NCBI GenBank assembly: GCA_963718295.1
Contig: CAVQYV010000003.1
Location: 16,482-80,481, forward strand
Reading direction: 5' to 3'
From: an uncultured Methylomirabilota bacterium
GTDB taxonomy: Bacteria > Methylomirabilota > Methylomirabilia > CAVQYV01
DNA length: 64,000 nucleotides
Shown: piece after piece, positions 1-9,071 of the stretch
How the letters are laid out: the number at the start of each line of letters is the position of its first letter
Numbering within the stretch: the first letter of the stretch is position 1
Position numbers and translations under genes: made by a program
Notes under the pieces: generated by a model
Told to the model about the DNA's origin: nothing
The model's database searches: none
Seen by the model: only the letters and a program-made list of their open reading frames with translations

Positions 1-801
1 GCGCCGGAGGGCCTGGAACTTTCCCTTTCCGACGGCATCGTCGCGCAGCTGCGGGGCGGACCGCCGCCCTGGATTCAGACCACGGCAGCTATCTCTTCCG
101 GTTCGAGCGGCGGGGGTCTTTTCGATGGGGAAGGTCGGCTGGTCGGCCTGACGACCCTTTCCGTGGAGCCCGGGCAGAACCTGAATTTCGCCATACCCGT
201 GGAATGGATAGACGAGGTCAAGCCGGGCCGCAAACCGGTCTCCGAGGTTCGTAGCCAGGCCGAATGGTCGAAACGCGCCAAGGTCTTGTTTGATATGGAG
301 GATTGGCAGGGATTGCTTGATTGGTGCTTAAAGCGGACGAAAAGCGAACCGGAAAATGCCGACGCCTGGCTCTACCTCGGGGTCGCTTACAGTTGTCTCA
401 ACCGCTACAACGATGCCATCGAAGCCTTCCGCCAGGTCGTCCGCATCGACCCGGAACATGCCACGTCCTGGTACAACCTCGGGGACGCTTACTTCTTCCT
501 CAAACGCTACAACGATGCCATCGATGCCTATCGTCAGGCCGTCCGCATCAACCCGGAGTATGCCAGAACCTGGTACATGCTCGGGGGCGCTTACTATAGC
601 CTCGACCGTTACGAGGACGCCCTGGAGGCCTTCCGCGAGTCCGTCCGCATCGACCCGGAGGATGCCAGAGCCTGGTTCATGCTCGGGGGCACTTACTTCT
701 ATTCCGGCAACCGGACTGCCGCCCTGGAAGCCGAACAGAAACTGCGACGCCTTGATCCTGAAATGGCGGACGAACTTTTCAACCTGATCGTGCCACGCTG
801 A
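1..801 (+). CDS. 5'-truncated protein: trypsin-like serine peptidase C-terminal fragment fused to at least four TPR repeats
   Basis: Frame 1 from base 1 reads ...SSGSSGGGLFDGEGRLVGLTTLS...NLNFAIPVEWI, a DegP/S1-type active-site-serine region. It is followed by repeated AW..LG.AY....Y.DAI.AF..A..I.P TPR units. The ORF is open to the window start and stops at 801. Confidence 0.7.
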   Translation, partial: APEGLELSLSDGIVAQLRGGPPPWIQTTAAISSGSSGGGLFDGEGRLVGLTTLSVEPGQNLNFAIPVEWIDEVKPGRKPVSEVRSQAEWSKRAKVLFDMEDWQGLLDWCLKRTKSEPENADAWLYLGVAYSCLNRYNDAIEAFRQVVRIDPEHATSWYNLGDAYFFLKRYNDAIDAYRQAVRINPEYARTWYMLGGAYYSLDRYEDALEAFRESVRIDPEDARAWFMLGGTYFYSGNRTAALEAEQKLRRLDPEMADELFNLIVPR

Positions 802-1082
802 CGTAGTCAAAGATGATAACAACATGAATCCGGGACGCAGGCCGTTTATTCGTATTCGATCCTCTTCGTGGGTCTTCCGGGAGTTTTGAGAAAAATCGGA
901 TGTGTCTCTGACCCCCCGCCTCCCTGCGTGCAGGATTTCAAGAATCGCAGAAGCCATGATCTGCGAAGCATCGAGGGATTGGCGTCATGGGAGTGGGCGT
1001 GGAGATATAGGCTTTGAATCCGCAAGAGGATCGACTGGTCAGGATCATTAGACTGTAATGGCCACAAGAGGCAGGAAGGGTA

Positions 1083-1331
1083 ATGAAAACAGCCGCCGTG
1101 TCCGAACTGAAAGCCCGCCTCAGTGAATGCTTGGATCAGGTCAAGGGCGGCTCGGAAATCCTGATCACCGATCGGGGGAACTCCCCAAGGGCTTCTGGAG
1201 GATGCCCAGACCAGACGACTCCGGCGGTACGGTGCTCCAGGCCCTGCTGGAAGAGCGGAAGGGCGGAAGGCCGGAAGATGAGATTCTGGGATCCTTCGGC
1301 GATCATTCCTTACGGGCATAGATCCTGGTAA
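1083..1331 (+). pseudogene. Phd/YefM-type antitoxin remnant, multiply frameshifted
   Basis: The N-terminus MKTAAVSELKARLSECLDQVKGGSEILITDRG is a typical prevent-host-death antitoxin start. The rest is scattered over three frames (TPQGLLEDAQTRRL / LLEERKGGRPEDEILGSFG). No toxin partner follows. Confidence 0.35.
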
Positions 1332-1353
1332 ATAGAGAATTGGAGGGATACTG

Positions 1354-2397
1354 GTGAACATCAAAGAGAGAATTCTGACTGCCTTGAACTGGGGTGAGCC
1401 GGATCGGGTGCCGCTCACGGTGTACGACTGGATGCTGCCCCGGGGCACGACCGAGCGCAAGCTGCGCGAATCGGGGGTGGGTCTGATCTCCCGCCTTCCC
1501 GCCCACCGCGTGGAGCATCAGGAGGTGGAGTGGATCACCCGTGAGCACCAGGAGCACGGTCAGAAGGTCGTTCGTCGGACCCTCCGCACCCCGGTGGGCG
1601 AAGTTTGGCAGACGCTGGAGGCGGAGGGCGCCTACGGCACCTCCAACTGGATCAAAGAGCACTTCATCAAGGAACCCAAAGACTACCGGGTGATGGAGTT
1701 CTATGTGCGCGATGCGCGCTATCGTGACAACTTCCCCGATATCCGCGAAGCCCAGCGAAGGATGGGCGACGACGGCATTGTCCTGGTCCGGGTAGCGAAA
1801 GCACCGATTCAGGAGATGCTCTATCAGATGATGGGCCTGGAGCGCTTTGCCTTCGACTATCATGAGCGTCGCGACCTCTTCGACTCCCTGCACGCCGCCA
1901 TGGTCAATCGGTATGGGGAACTCTATGATCTCGCCGCCGGGTCCCCCGCGGAGATCATCCAGTTGGCCGATAATATCACCAGCGATGTGGTCGGCAAGGA
2001 GCGGTTCCGTAACTACCTGATGCCGGAGTATAAGAGGCTCATGGAGCGGCTGGCAGGGACTGGCAAGAAGGTGGCGGTGCACATGGATGGCAGACTGAGG
2101 TCATTGAAGGAGGAGATCGCGGCGGCAGAGTTCGATATCCTGGAGGCGATGACACCCGCGCCCATGGGGGATGTCTCGGTCAGGGAGGCCCGGCAGGTCT
2201 GGCCCGGCAAGGCGCTTTGGATCAACTTCACCAGCTCGATGCACATCGCGTCCCCCGAGGCGATCGAAGCCCACACCCGAGAGCTTTTGGAGGAGGCTGG
2301 GGGGAAGCGCGGCTTCGCCATCAGCATCACCGAGGATGCCCCGGTCGAGGCCCTGGAGCGCAGCCTAACTGTGATCTCCCGGGTCTTACAGGAGTAA
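1354..2397 (+). CDS. URO-D family protein (uroporphyrinogen decarboxylase / MtaA-CmuA-like methyltransferase superfamily), paralog 1
   Basis: 347 aa. The N-terminal MNIKERILTALNWGEPDRVPL motif is typical of URO-D/MtaA proteins. The C-terminal GFAISITEDAPVE region fits the same family. Length also fits. Confidence 0.8.
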   Translation: MNIKERILTALNWGEPDRVPLTVYDWMLPRGTTERKLRESGVGLISRLPAHRVEHQEVEWITREHQEHGQKVVRRTLRTPVGEVWQTLEAEGAYGTSNWIKEHFIKEPKDYRVMEFYVRDARYRDNFPDIREAQRRMGDDGIVLVRVAKAPIQEMLYQMMGLERFAFDYHERRDLFDSLHAAMVNRYGELYDLAAGSPAEIIQLADNITSDVVGKERFRNYLMPEYKRLMERLAGTGKKVAVHMDGRLRSLKEEIAAAEFDILEAMTPAPMGDVSVREARQVWPGKALWINFTSSMHIASPEAIEAHTRELLEEAGGKRGFAISITEDAPVEALERSLTVISRVLQE

Positions 2398-2400
2398 GAA

Positions 2401-3352
2401 ATGGGAAAAGAGATCCGATTGGGAATCAGCACCTGTCTCTTGGGTGAGAACGTCCGCTACGATGGAGGGCACAAGCTGGATCGCTTCCTCACCGATACCC
2501 TGGGGCACTATGTGGAATATGTCCCGGTATGTCCGGAGGTGGAATGCGGGCTCGGTATCCCCAGGGAGTCACTGCGCCTGGTGGGCGACCCGGATTCGCC
2601 CCGACTCATCACCCGCAACAGCCAACAGGACCTTACGGAACGCATGGTCCAGTGGGCGCGGAGGCGGGTGACCGAGCTGGAGAAGGAGGATCTTTACGGC
2701 TTTATCTTCAAGAGCGATTCCCCCAGCAGCGGCATGGAGCGGGTCAAGGTCTACGCCGAAGGGGGAATGCCCGTCAAAAAGGGGAATTGGGGTTTTTGCC
2801 AGGACCTTCATGGAACATTTCCCCCTGCTTCCGGTGGAAGAGGAAGGGCGGCTCCACGATCCCATGCTTCGGGAGAATTTCATCGAACGCCTCTTCGCCT
2901 TGAGGCGATGGCGGGAGTCAATCACGCAGAAAAAGAGTCGAGGGATTCTGGTGGACTTTCACACCCGACACAAATTGCTGATCCTTTCCCACAGTCCCAA
3001 GCATTACCAGATGATGGGAAGACTGGTGGCCGGAGCGAAGGACATCCCGCTGGAGAGGCTTTATCAGCAATATCAGGATCTTCTCATGGAGTCCCTTCAC
3101 CTGAAGACCACCCCCAAGAAAAATGCCAACGTCCTGATGCACATGATGGGCTATTTCAAGGAGCAACTCTCCTCCGGGGAAAAGCAGGAACTGACGGAGA
3201 TCATCGATCTCTATCGGAATGGCTATTTCCCCTTGATTGTCCCCATTACCCTCATGAATCACTATGTGCGAAAGTACGACCAGCCCTACCTCAAGCAACA
3301 GGTCTATCTGAATCCTCACCCCATAGAACTGCAGCTTCGAAATCATGTGTGA
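2401..3352 (+). CDS. DUF523-DUF1722 (YbgA-like) protein with an apparent +1 frameshift near 2775-2790
   Basis: The frame-1 N-terminus MGKEIRLGISTCLLGENVRYDGGHK is DUF523. The frame-2 continuation GIGVFARTFMEHFPLLPVEEEGRLHDPMLRENFIERLF...YFKEQLS is DUF1722. The frames switch inside an aaaaagggg homopolymer. The long frame-1 extension to 3453 is low-complexity read-through. Confidence 0.7.
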
Positions 3353-3367
3353 GAGGGGGAGGCCTTC

Positions 3368-4287
3368 TCACGCGGGCAACAAGCTTCGCAGGGCGCCCTC
3401 GATTTCCGGATACTGAAAGACAAAACCCTGATCCACCAACCTTCGTGGAATGACCCTTTGTCCTTCCAAGAGAACCGATCCAAATTCTCCCAAGAGGAGC
3501 CTCACAGCGAATCCAGGGGCAGGCAGGAAAGAAGGCCGATGAAGGGCTTTTCCCAGCGCCTCTGCCAGGTCCTTGTTTCTCAGGGGATGGGGAGAGGTGA
3601 GATTCACGGGACCTGAAACCTCCGGGTGCCTCATCAGGAAGACGAAGGCTTCCTCCAGATCTTTCATGTGAATCCAGGAAAACCATTGCCGCCCACTTCC
3701 GATCGGTCCCCCCAAATATCTTTTGAAGAGGGGGATCATCTGGGTCAGGGCTCCCCCTTCATCGCCCAAGCGCAATCCCCAAATCGGGTGATCACCACGG
3801 CAGCCCCCTTTTCGCCCGCCCGAAGTCCCTCCTCTTCCCATTCCACACAAAGCCTCGCCAGAAAATCATCGCCGGGCGGGGAATCCTCCGTGAGCTCCTC
3901 ATCCCCCCGAAAGCCATAGTAGCCGACGGCCGAGGCGCTGATGAGGGTGGCCTGCCGATCGGGGTATGCGGGGTGTGGTGGAATTCCCTCGACGATGTTT
4001 CGAGTCGTCTTCAGCCGACTCTCCCTCATCAGCCTCTTTCGCTCATCGGTCCACCGACCAAAGATCGAAGCCCCTGCCAGGTTTATGATGACATCTTGGC
4101 GTCCGATGGCCTCCTGCCAGGGGCCTTTTTGAGTCGGATCGCCCTCCAGATAGGAAACCCCTGGGGGGATTTCACCCGATCTGCCTTTGGATCGGGTGAG
4201 GATCGTGACCTCGTGTCCCTCGCGGACCAGCCGGAAGGAAAGATGCGTGCCGATGAAGCCCGTTCCTCCGGCGATCAGGATTTTCAT
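3368..4287 (-). CDS. TIGR01777/YfcH-family NAD-dependent epimerase (DUF1731 C-terminus) with an apparent frameshift near 3766
   Basis: The N-terminal part MKILIAGGTGFIGTHL is a Rossmann fold. The C-terminal part in another frame reads ...GLRLGDEGGALTQMIPLFKRYLGGPIGSGRQWFSWIHMKD, the YfcH signature. Adding one G to a gggg run restores ...ITRFGGLRLGDEGGAL. Confidence 0.75.
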
Positions 4288-4345
4288 CGAAATCCCCCGA
4301 TTTGCGGGATGGAAGATTGTGGCCTCATGCGGGACTGCCGATTTC

Positions 4346-4732
4346 TTATGCCTTGTCTCCGATCAGCGGCAAGACCTTTTCAATGTGGAAATAGACGAGG
4401 TATCGGATCTTCTCCGGGGAAGCCTCGTACGTGGGGCAACTGTCTTTGCGGCGGATCTCGTCAATCAAGGCACTATCTGTCTCCTCTTTGATCTTCTTCA
4501 GATAGAGCCTCTTGCCCACATATCTCTCTCCCGATTCCATGAAAAGGTAGGCAGCATGAGGGTTTGCTCCCAAGTTCTTGTGGATCAGACGATCGGCCAT
4601 GATAAATGCTACGGTCTCCTCATCGATGAAATGAGGCCTGGCATAGATAGCTAAGGCGACCTTTCCCTCTGAATCTGCAGAGGCGATCACTCCGCGGCCA
4701 GTTGCCTTTTCAAAGTACTCGCTTAACTTCAT
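4346..4732 (-). CDS. Pyridoxamine 5'-phosphate oxidase family (FMN-binding split-barrel) protein
   Basis: 128 aa. MKLSEYFEKATGRGVIASADSEGKVALAIYARPHF is a typical PNPOx-like small flavoprotein pattern. Confidence 0.65.
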   Translation of the reverse strand: MKLSEYFEKATGRGVIASADSEGKVALAIYARPHFIDEETVAFIMADRLIHKNLGANPHAAYLFMESGERYVGKRLYLKKIKEETDSALIDEIRRKDSCPTYEASPEKIRYLVYFHIEKVLPLIGDKA

Positions 4733-5066
4733 CTTCTTCCCTCCTGAAGGTAATTTGATGTAACTTCTCCCTATCCATTACCAGATTTATCCCGGTAATG
4801 CAATCCATGGCGAGTCTGAGGGTGAGATCGATCTCATTCCACTGGAATCAGACGCGAAACGTGATATATCTTTTCATATCAGCCACTTACATTAGATACT
4901 TCTTAAAGTGGTTTAATAATCCCGGGGTGCTGCGACTGATGTTATCAGGGGTCGACATCGCAATTCGGTCTTGAAATCTGTGAGATTCCTCGCATAATAG
5001 CCTAAGCCCCGATACCCATTGGGGGTCCGCTTTCTCTTCATTCCCTGAGAGAGGGATTTCAGCTTC

Positions 5067-5101
5067 ATATCCGGAGTCAGCACACCTTTCGAGCCGGATA
5101 T
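5067..5101 (+). promoter_or_regulatory. Leader hairpin (8-bp stem atatccgg/ccggatat, 19-nt loop) upstream of URO-D paralog 2
   Basis: A perfect inverted repeat lies 75 nt upstream of ATG 5178 and is followed by a GAGGAGGA RBS. Function unknown. Confidence 0.25.
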
Positions 5102-5177
5102 TTCGGACTGGCGCGGAGAGCACAGGTAGGAAAGCCGGCGTCGGTGAACATCCACGGTCAACGAGGAGGAGACGAGA

Positions 5178-6305
5178 ATGCTACCCAAAGAGCGCATGAT
5201 AGCAGCATTGGAGCACCGGGAGGCTGACTGCGTGCCCACAGGCGAAACGGGGGCCGACTGGGAGATCACCGAGCGTATCATCGGTCGTCCCACCTATTAC
5301 CGCTCCAAGTGGCGAGAGTGGACTGCCGAGTGGGAAGGCCGACGAGAAGAGGTCGTCGAATCCTACCGGCAGGATATCGTGGACCTCGCACGCAGGCTCG
5401 AGTGGGACTTCCTGGTGGTTCCCCTGGTGCCGGCCCGCCGAAAGGAATACAAGAAGCCCGATATGCTGGCAGAGTACACCTGGCGTGATTCGTCGGGCAA
5501 GGTGTGGCAATACTCTCCCGAGTCCGGCGGGCACCCCCTGCTGCTGGAGGGCCCCTCCATGGGCATAGAGGATATTTTTGTGCCGGAAAAGGTCGAGATA
5601 GACGAATCGCGACTGGAGGCCGTGGCGCACGCGGTGAAAGTGATAGGGGGCACCCACTTCGTATTTGGCCGACCGCCCGACGGGACTTTCCCCTGGATCG
5701 AAACCGTGGGCATGGAAGAATTTCTGATCCGCATGATCACCGAGCCCGAATTCGCGGCCAAAGCCACCGCTGCCAGCCTGAAGACCGCCCTTGCCTGGGT
5801 GGAAGCGATGTGCGACCTGGGCGTGGATGGTATCCTGGTGGGCACGGATTACTGTGACAACCGCGGTCCGATCATGGGCCCGGGACCTTTTCGCCGATTC
5901 GTTTTGCCTGCCCTGGAGCAGATGTGCCGGGCGGCCCACCAGAAGGGGAAGTACTTCGTGAAGCATACGGACGGCAATACCTGGTCGATTCTGGATGATT
6001 TCGTGGACGCAGAAGTGGATGGCTGGCAGGGCATCCAACCCAGCATCGGAATGGACATGAGGCTGCTCAAAGAGAAGTATGGGGGCAGGCTCTGCTTGTT
6101 TGGAGGGGTGAATAACGAGACCTTGATCGATGGCACGTCCCAGGAGGTAGAGGAGGAGGTCAAGTATGCAATCCGCCATGCAGGGCCCGGCGGCGGGCTG
6201 GTCATCACCTCGGGCAATACCCTTCAACTCGGGGTGAAGTACGAGAATTATATGGCCATGCGCTCCGCAACGCGAGAGTGGGGCAGGTATCCGATAGGCG
6301 TGTGA
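5178..6305 (+). CDS. URO-D family protein, paralog 2
   Basis: 375 aa. The N-terminal MLPKERMIAALEHREADCVP motif and overall family pattern match URO-D. The antisense ORF 5181..6227 is a GC shadow. Confidence 0.8.
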   Translation: MLPKERMIAALEHREADCVPTGETGADWEITERIIGRPTYYRSKWREWTAEWEGRREEVVESYRQDIVDLARRLEWDFLVVPLVPARRKEYKKPDMLAEYTWRDSSGKVWQYSPESGGHPLLLEGPSMGIEDIFVPEKVEIDESRLEAVAHAVKVIGGTHFVFGRPPDGTFPWIETVGMEEFLIRMITEPEFAAKATAASLKTALAWVEAMCDLGVDGILVGTDYCDNRGPIMGPGPFRRFVLPALEQMCRAAHQKGKYFVKHTDGNTWSILDDFVDAEVDGWQGIQPSIGMDMRLLKEKYGGRLCLFGGVNNETLIDGTSQEVEEEVKYAIRHAGPGGGLVITSGNTLQLGVKYENYMAMRSATREWGRYPIGV

Positions 6306-6332
6306 CGCCTATGTTCGACAGCCCTTACGATT

Positions 6333-6488
6333 TCAGGACCCCCGCATTGGGCAATCTTCCGCCCCATATTCGATCTCAACGGCGGTGTGCTCAAAACCCA
6401 TACGATCTGAGAGTGCCCTAATCGCGCATTTGATCTGCGAGATCTCTTCTCGTGTGATATCCTCAAATTTTCTGTCATTATGAGCCAT
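6333..6488 (-). CDS. Small hypothetical ORF (51 aa) downstream of the selenoprotein
   Basis: MAHNDRKFEDITREEISQIKCAIRALSDRMGFEHTAVEIEYGAEDCPMRGS. The start was chosen at the internal M that overlaps the upstream stop by about 10 nt. No recognisable family. No clear RBS. Confidence 0.2.
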   Translation of the reverse strand: MAHNDRKFEDITREEISQIKCAIRALSDRMGFEHTAVEIEYGAEDCPMRGS

Positions 6489-7302
6489 TGGGTGGCCTCC
6501 GTACGCGGGGAACATAAGAAAACGGCTCACCCCACGCATAGGGCAATCTCGCCAGTGTGGGTGGGGATTCGGACGATACAAGTAATCCCAATACATCCCG
6601 CAATATGGCTAACTGACCATCTCGGTCGTGGGGTCTGCCGAATGGATGGGCCATGGGGAAATCGAGGAATGCCGCCCGAGGCGGGCGGATAACTTGCATC
6701 ACATCCAACATCAGCCCCACGAAGGTCGTAGAAAGCCCGTGCTCCTCGATGCCCCTCGCGATCAGTCCAACGGACTGATGATCGTGGGGTCAGCCAGGAA
6801 TCAGCAGCACTGCGTCGGCCCCCTGCTTCTTGCACCGTTCTGCCAGGTCTTCAGCCACCTCCCCTTCCAACTTCTTCGGACTCTCAGGATCGAGCCAGCG
6901 CCCGATGCCCATCGAGTAGGCGATCGAACAGAGGCCACCGATAAATTCTGCTTCCTCCAATTCCTGCAGCCTGCCCAGGGGGAACAGACAGTTGATGTCT
7001 GCCTCGGCGTCCGCCTGATCGAAATAACCGTAGCGGATCACCAGATCTGCCTGCGGGGTATGCTTGGGGATCTCCCGGATGCTCAAGTCATCGTGGCCGC
7101 GAAAGGCGAAAGGTGTCTGGTCGCGGTGATAGATGCCCGCGGAGCATACCAGCGCCACCTTGCATTCACCAAGCGGCTTTGGAAAGGATGTCCACGGATT
7201 GCCCCTGGGCACGTAAAGCGGATAGTCAATCTGGTGATGACTCCTATAAAACGCCTGAATGATCGGGAGGTATTCGATGGGCGCCATTTTTTCCCCTTTC
7301 AA
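6478..7302 (-). CDS. Glycine/sarcosine/betaine/D-proline reductase B-family (GrdB/PrdB-like) selenoprotein, about 274 aa, with in-frame TGA = Sec at 6790-6792
   Basis: ORF 6790..7302 (...KVALVCSAGIYH...DINCLFPLGRLQELEEAEF...GADAVLLIPG) and ORF 6478..6720 are in the same frame. A single TGA separates them. Read-through gives ...LLIPG-U-PHDHQSVGLIARGIEEHGLSTTFVGLMLDV...ILRDVLGLLVS...LPYAW, which resembles PrdB around the Sec position. A hairpin starts 11 nt after the UGA. Confidence 0.6.
6761..6779 (-). promoter_or_regulatory. Putative bacterial SECIS hairpin (AUCAGUCC-GUU-GGACUGAU) downstream of UGA
   Basis: Perfect 8-bp stem. The apical GU sits at positions 22-23 counted from the U of UGA, close to the fdhF-type spacing. 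Confidence 0.5.
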
Positions 7303-7424
7303 ATCAAAGAATCCTGGTTGGCCTTCTTCAGCGCTTCCGCCTAAGCCCCTGGTTCCAGTGCCTTCAATGCCTCCGGTTTGGTTTCAACTGTATTGCCTTC
7401 CCTCTCCTTGTGCTCCCTTTGCGC

Positions 7425-8753
7425 TTAGTGCATGATTGCCTGATAGGTCAGGACCCGGAACCTCTCGTCCAGATCCAGGTGCCGGTTGGGGCGGATCTGC
7501 GTCATCATGATCCCGATCAGGTGCTCCTGGGGATCGATCCAGAATCGAGTATAGAAGAAGCCGCTCCAGTTATACTCCCCTTTCGATTCAATCCTGCCCG
7601 ATCGGTTCGGGTCTTCCAGAACGGCAAAGCCGAGCCCGAACTTATAGCCTGGATCCCGAAGGAAGACATCCAGCTCGCCGATGTGGTTCCGCCTCATCAG
7701 CTCCACCGTCTTGGGACCCAGTAATTGAACGCCCTCCAGCTTCCCTCCGTTGAGCAACATCTGCAGAAATCGCACATAATCGGCAGCAGTGGAAACAAGT
7801 CCCGCTCCTCCGGAGAAGTAGGTTCGTGGACCCTTATAGTGCCAGCTCGACGAGAAGAACACCGGCCCCATCCTCACCGGCTCTTCAGGCAGCTTGTCTA
7901 TTCCTCCTTGCTCATTGGGCGTATAGACGGCGGAAAAGCGGGCAAGCTTCTCCTCCGGCAGGAAGAAGTGGGTATCCTTCATGGCCAGCGGCTTGAAGAT
8001 ACGCTCCTCAAAGAATAGATCCAGCGGAATCCCCGACACTACCTCCACCAGACGGCCGAGCACGTCGGTATTCAGGCCATACTCCCAGGCCTCCCCCGGT
8101 TGATTCATGAGGGGCATCATGGCGATTCTCTGGACTCCCTCAGCAATGGTCCCCTCGGTCTGCACCAGGCCATCCGACATGCCCGCCTTGGTATACAGCG
8201 AATACAAGTGCTTGCGGCCCCAAAAGCCATAACTGATTCCGGAGGTGTGGTTCAGGAGGTGACGAATGGTGATCTCCCGTTTGGCGGGGACCAGATGAAA
8301 CTGGTCCTCCCCCGGACCATCTGAGACGAGGACGACGGCGTTCTTGAATTCCGGAAGATACTTGGAGACCGGATCATTGAGGAGGAGGAGGCCCTCCTCC
8401 ACTAACATCATGACCGCCACCGAGGTCACAGGCTTGGTCATGGAAGCAATGCGGAAGATCGCATCATGGCTCATGGCTTTGCCCTCGTCCATCATGCCAA
8501 AGCTCTTGCAGTAGGCGATTCTGCCGTGCCGGGCGATCAGGGCTACCACGCCCGAGACCTGTTTTCGGTCCACGAAATCTTGCATCAGCCCATCCACCCG
8601 CTCCAGGCGATGGCAGGAGAGTCCCACCTCCTCCGGTGATGCGCTCGGGAGCCCCTGGCCCCAGACATGAGGGGCGAGCAGCAAGATAGCCAGGAAGAAC
8701 AGGGCCATAAAAGCAATGCCAGTTTTCGTTTTCTTCATTTCGGATTCCTCCAT
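7425..8753 (-). CDS. Secreted serine hydrolase, beta-lactamase/transpeptidase-like (class C-like) family
   Basis: 442 aa with an N-terminal signal-like hydrophobic segment. It has the S-x-x-K motif (SMTK) and the typical PBP/beta-lactamase fold pattern. Confidence 0.85.
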   Translation of the reverse strand: MEESEMKKTKTGIAFMALFFLAILLLAPHVWGQGLPSASPEEVGLSCHRLERVDGLMQDFVDRKQVSGVVALIARHGRIAYCKSFGMMDEGKAMSHDAIFRIASMTKPVTSVAVMMLVEEGLLLLNDPVSKYLPEFKNAVVLVSDGPGEDQFHLVPAKREITIRHLLNHTSGISYGFWGRKHLYSLYTKAGMSDGLVQTEGTIAEGVQRIAMMPLMNQPGEAWEYGLNTDVLGRLVEVVSGIPLDLFFEERIFKPLAMKDTHFFLPEEKLARFSAVYTPNEQGGIDKLPEEPVRMGPVFFSSSWHYKGPRTYFSGGAGLVSTAADYVRFLQMLLNGGKLEGVQLLGPKTVELMRRNHIGELDVFLRDPGYKFGLGFAVLEDPNRSGRIESKGEYNWSGFFYTRFWIDPQEHLIGIMMTQIRPNRHLDLDERFRVLTYQAIMH

Positions 8754-8965
8754 TTTTCCCTCGTTTCAGGGGATTCACCACAATCATCCCGGACACGAAG
8801 CTTCATCACTTTCTGAAATTGGCTCACCACATATGCACCGCGAGCTCCATGGCATTCCGGAATGAACGATCCTACTGTATATCGGGTCTCCTTCAAAAAA
8901 TCCATCCTAATCTTCTCTATGATCCCACACCCTAATTCTCTCACTTCTGCAAACCAGTCTCTGAC

Positions 8966-8994
8966 TTGACATGCCTCTTCAATTCCCTTATATT
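8966..8994 (+). promoter_or_regulatory. Sigma70-like promoter, TTGACA-17 nt-TATATT, for the amidase gene
   Basis: ttgaca at 8966-8971, a 17-nt spacer, then tatatt at 8989-8994. It lies about 78 nt upstream of ATG 9072 with an AAGAGGAGG RBS. Confidence 0.45.
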
Positions 8995-9071
8995 GCCTCT
9001 CAGCAGAGCCCAGCCATTCATCCTGCTTTTTCACCCTGCCCCAAACCATTTTCAAGAGGAGGAGAGGAGCC

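Noticed and set aside
846-1460. 204-aa minus-strand ORF spanning the Phd remnant and URO-D start.
   Set aside because: It overlaps two better-supported plus-strand features. The composition is Pro/Arg/Ser-rich and it has no recognisable family.
2820-3453. Frame-1 continuation of the DUF523 ORF to 3453 (350-aa listing).
   Set aside because: The sequence after about 2790 is low-complexity (PPASGGRGRAAPRSH...). The conserved DUF1722 domain is in frame 2. The long ORF is read-through after a homopolymer indel.
5181-6227. Long antisense ORFs opposite real genes. Examples: 5181..6227-, 8735..9910-, 9729..10739-, 19970..21430+, 25666..26760+, 29993..31135+, 35068..36219-, 36545..37678-, 38141..38953-, 60730..61617+.
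   Set aside because: They are Arg/Pro/Gly-rich translations with no family features. They lie opposite strongly conserved genes. These are typical GC-rich shadow ORFs.
6333-6596. ORF 6333..6596 as a frameshifted C-terminal extension of the PrdB-like protein.
   Set aside because: The selenoprotein already has full family length (~274 aa), ending ...LPYAW.... This overlapping ORF is in another frame with no family resemblance. It is kept only as a low-confidence 51-aa ORF from the internal Met.
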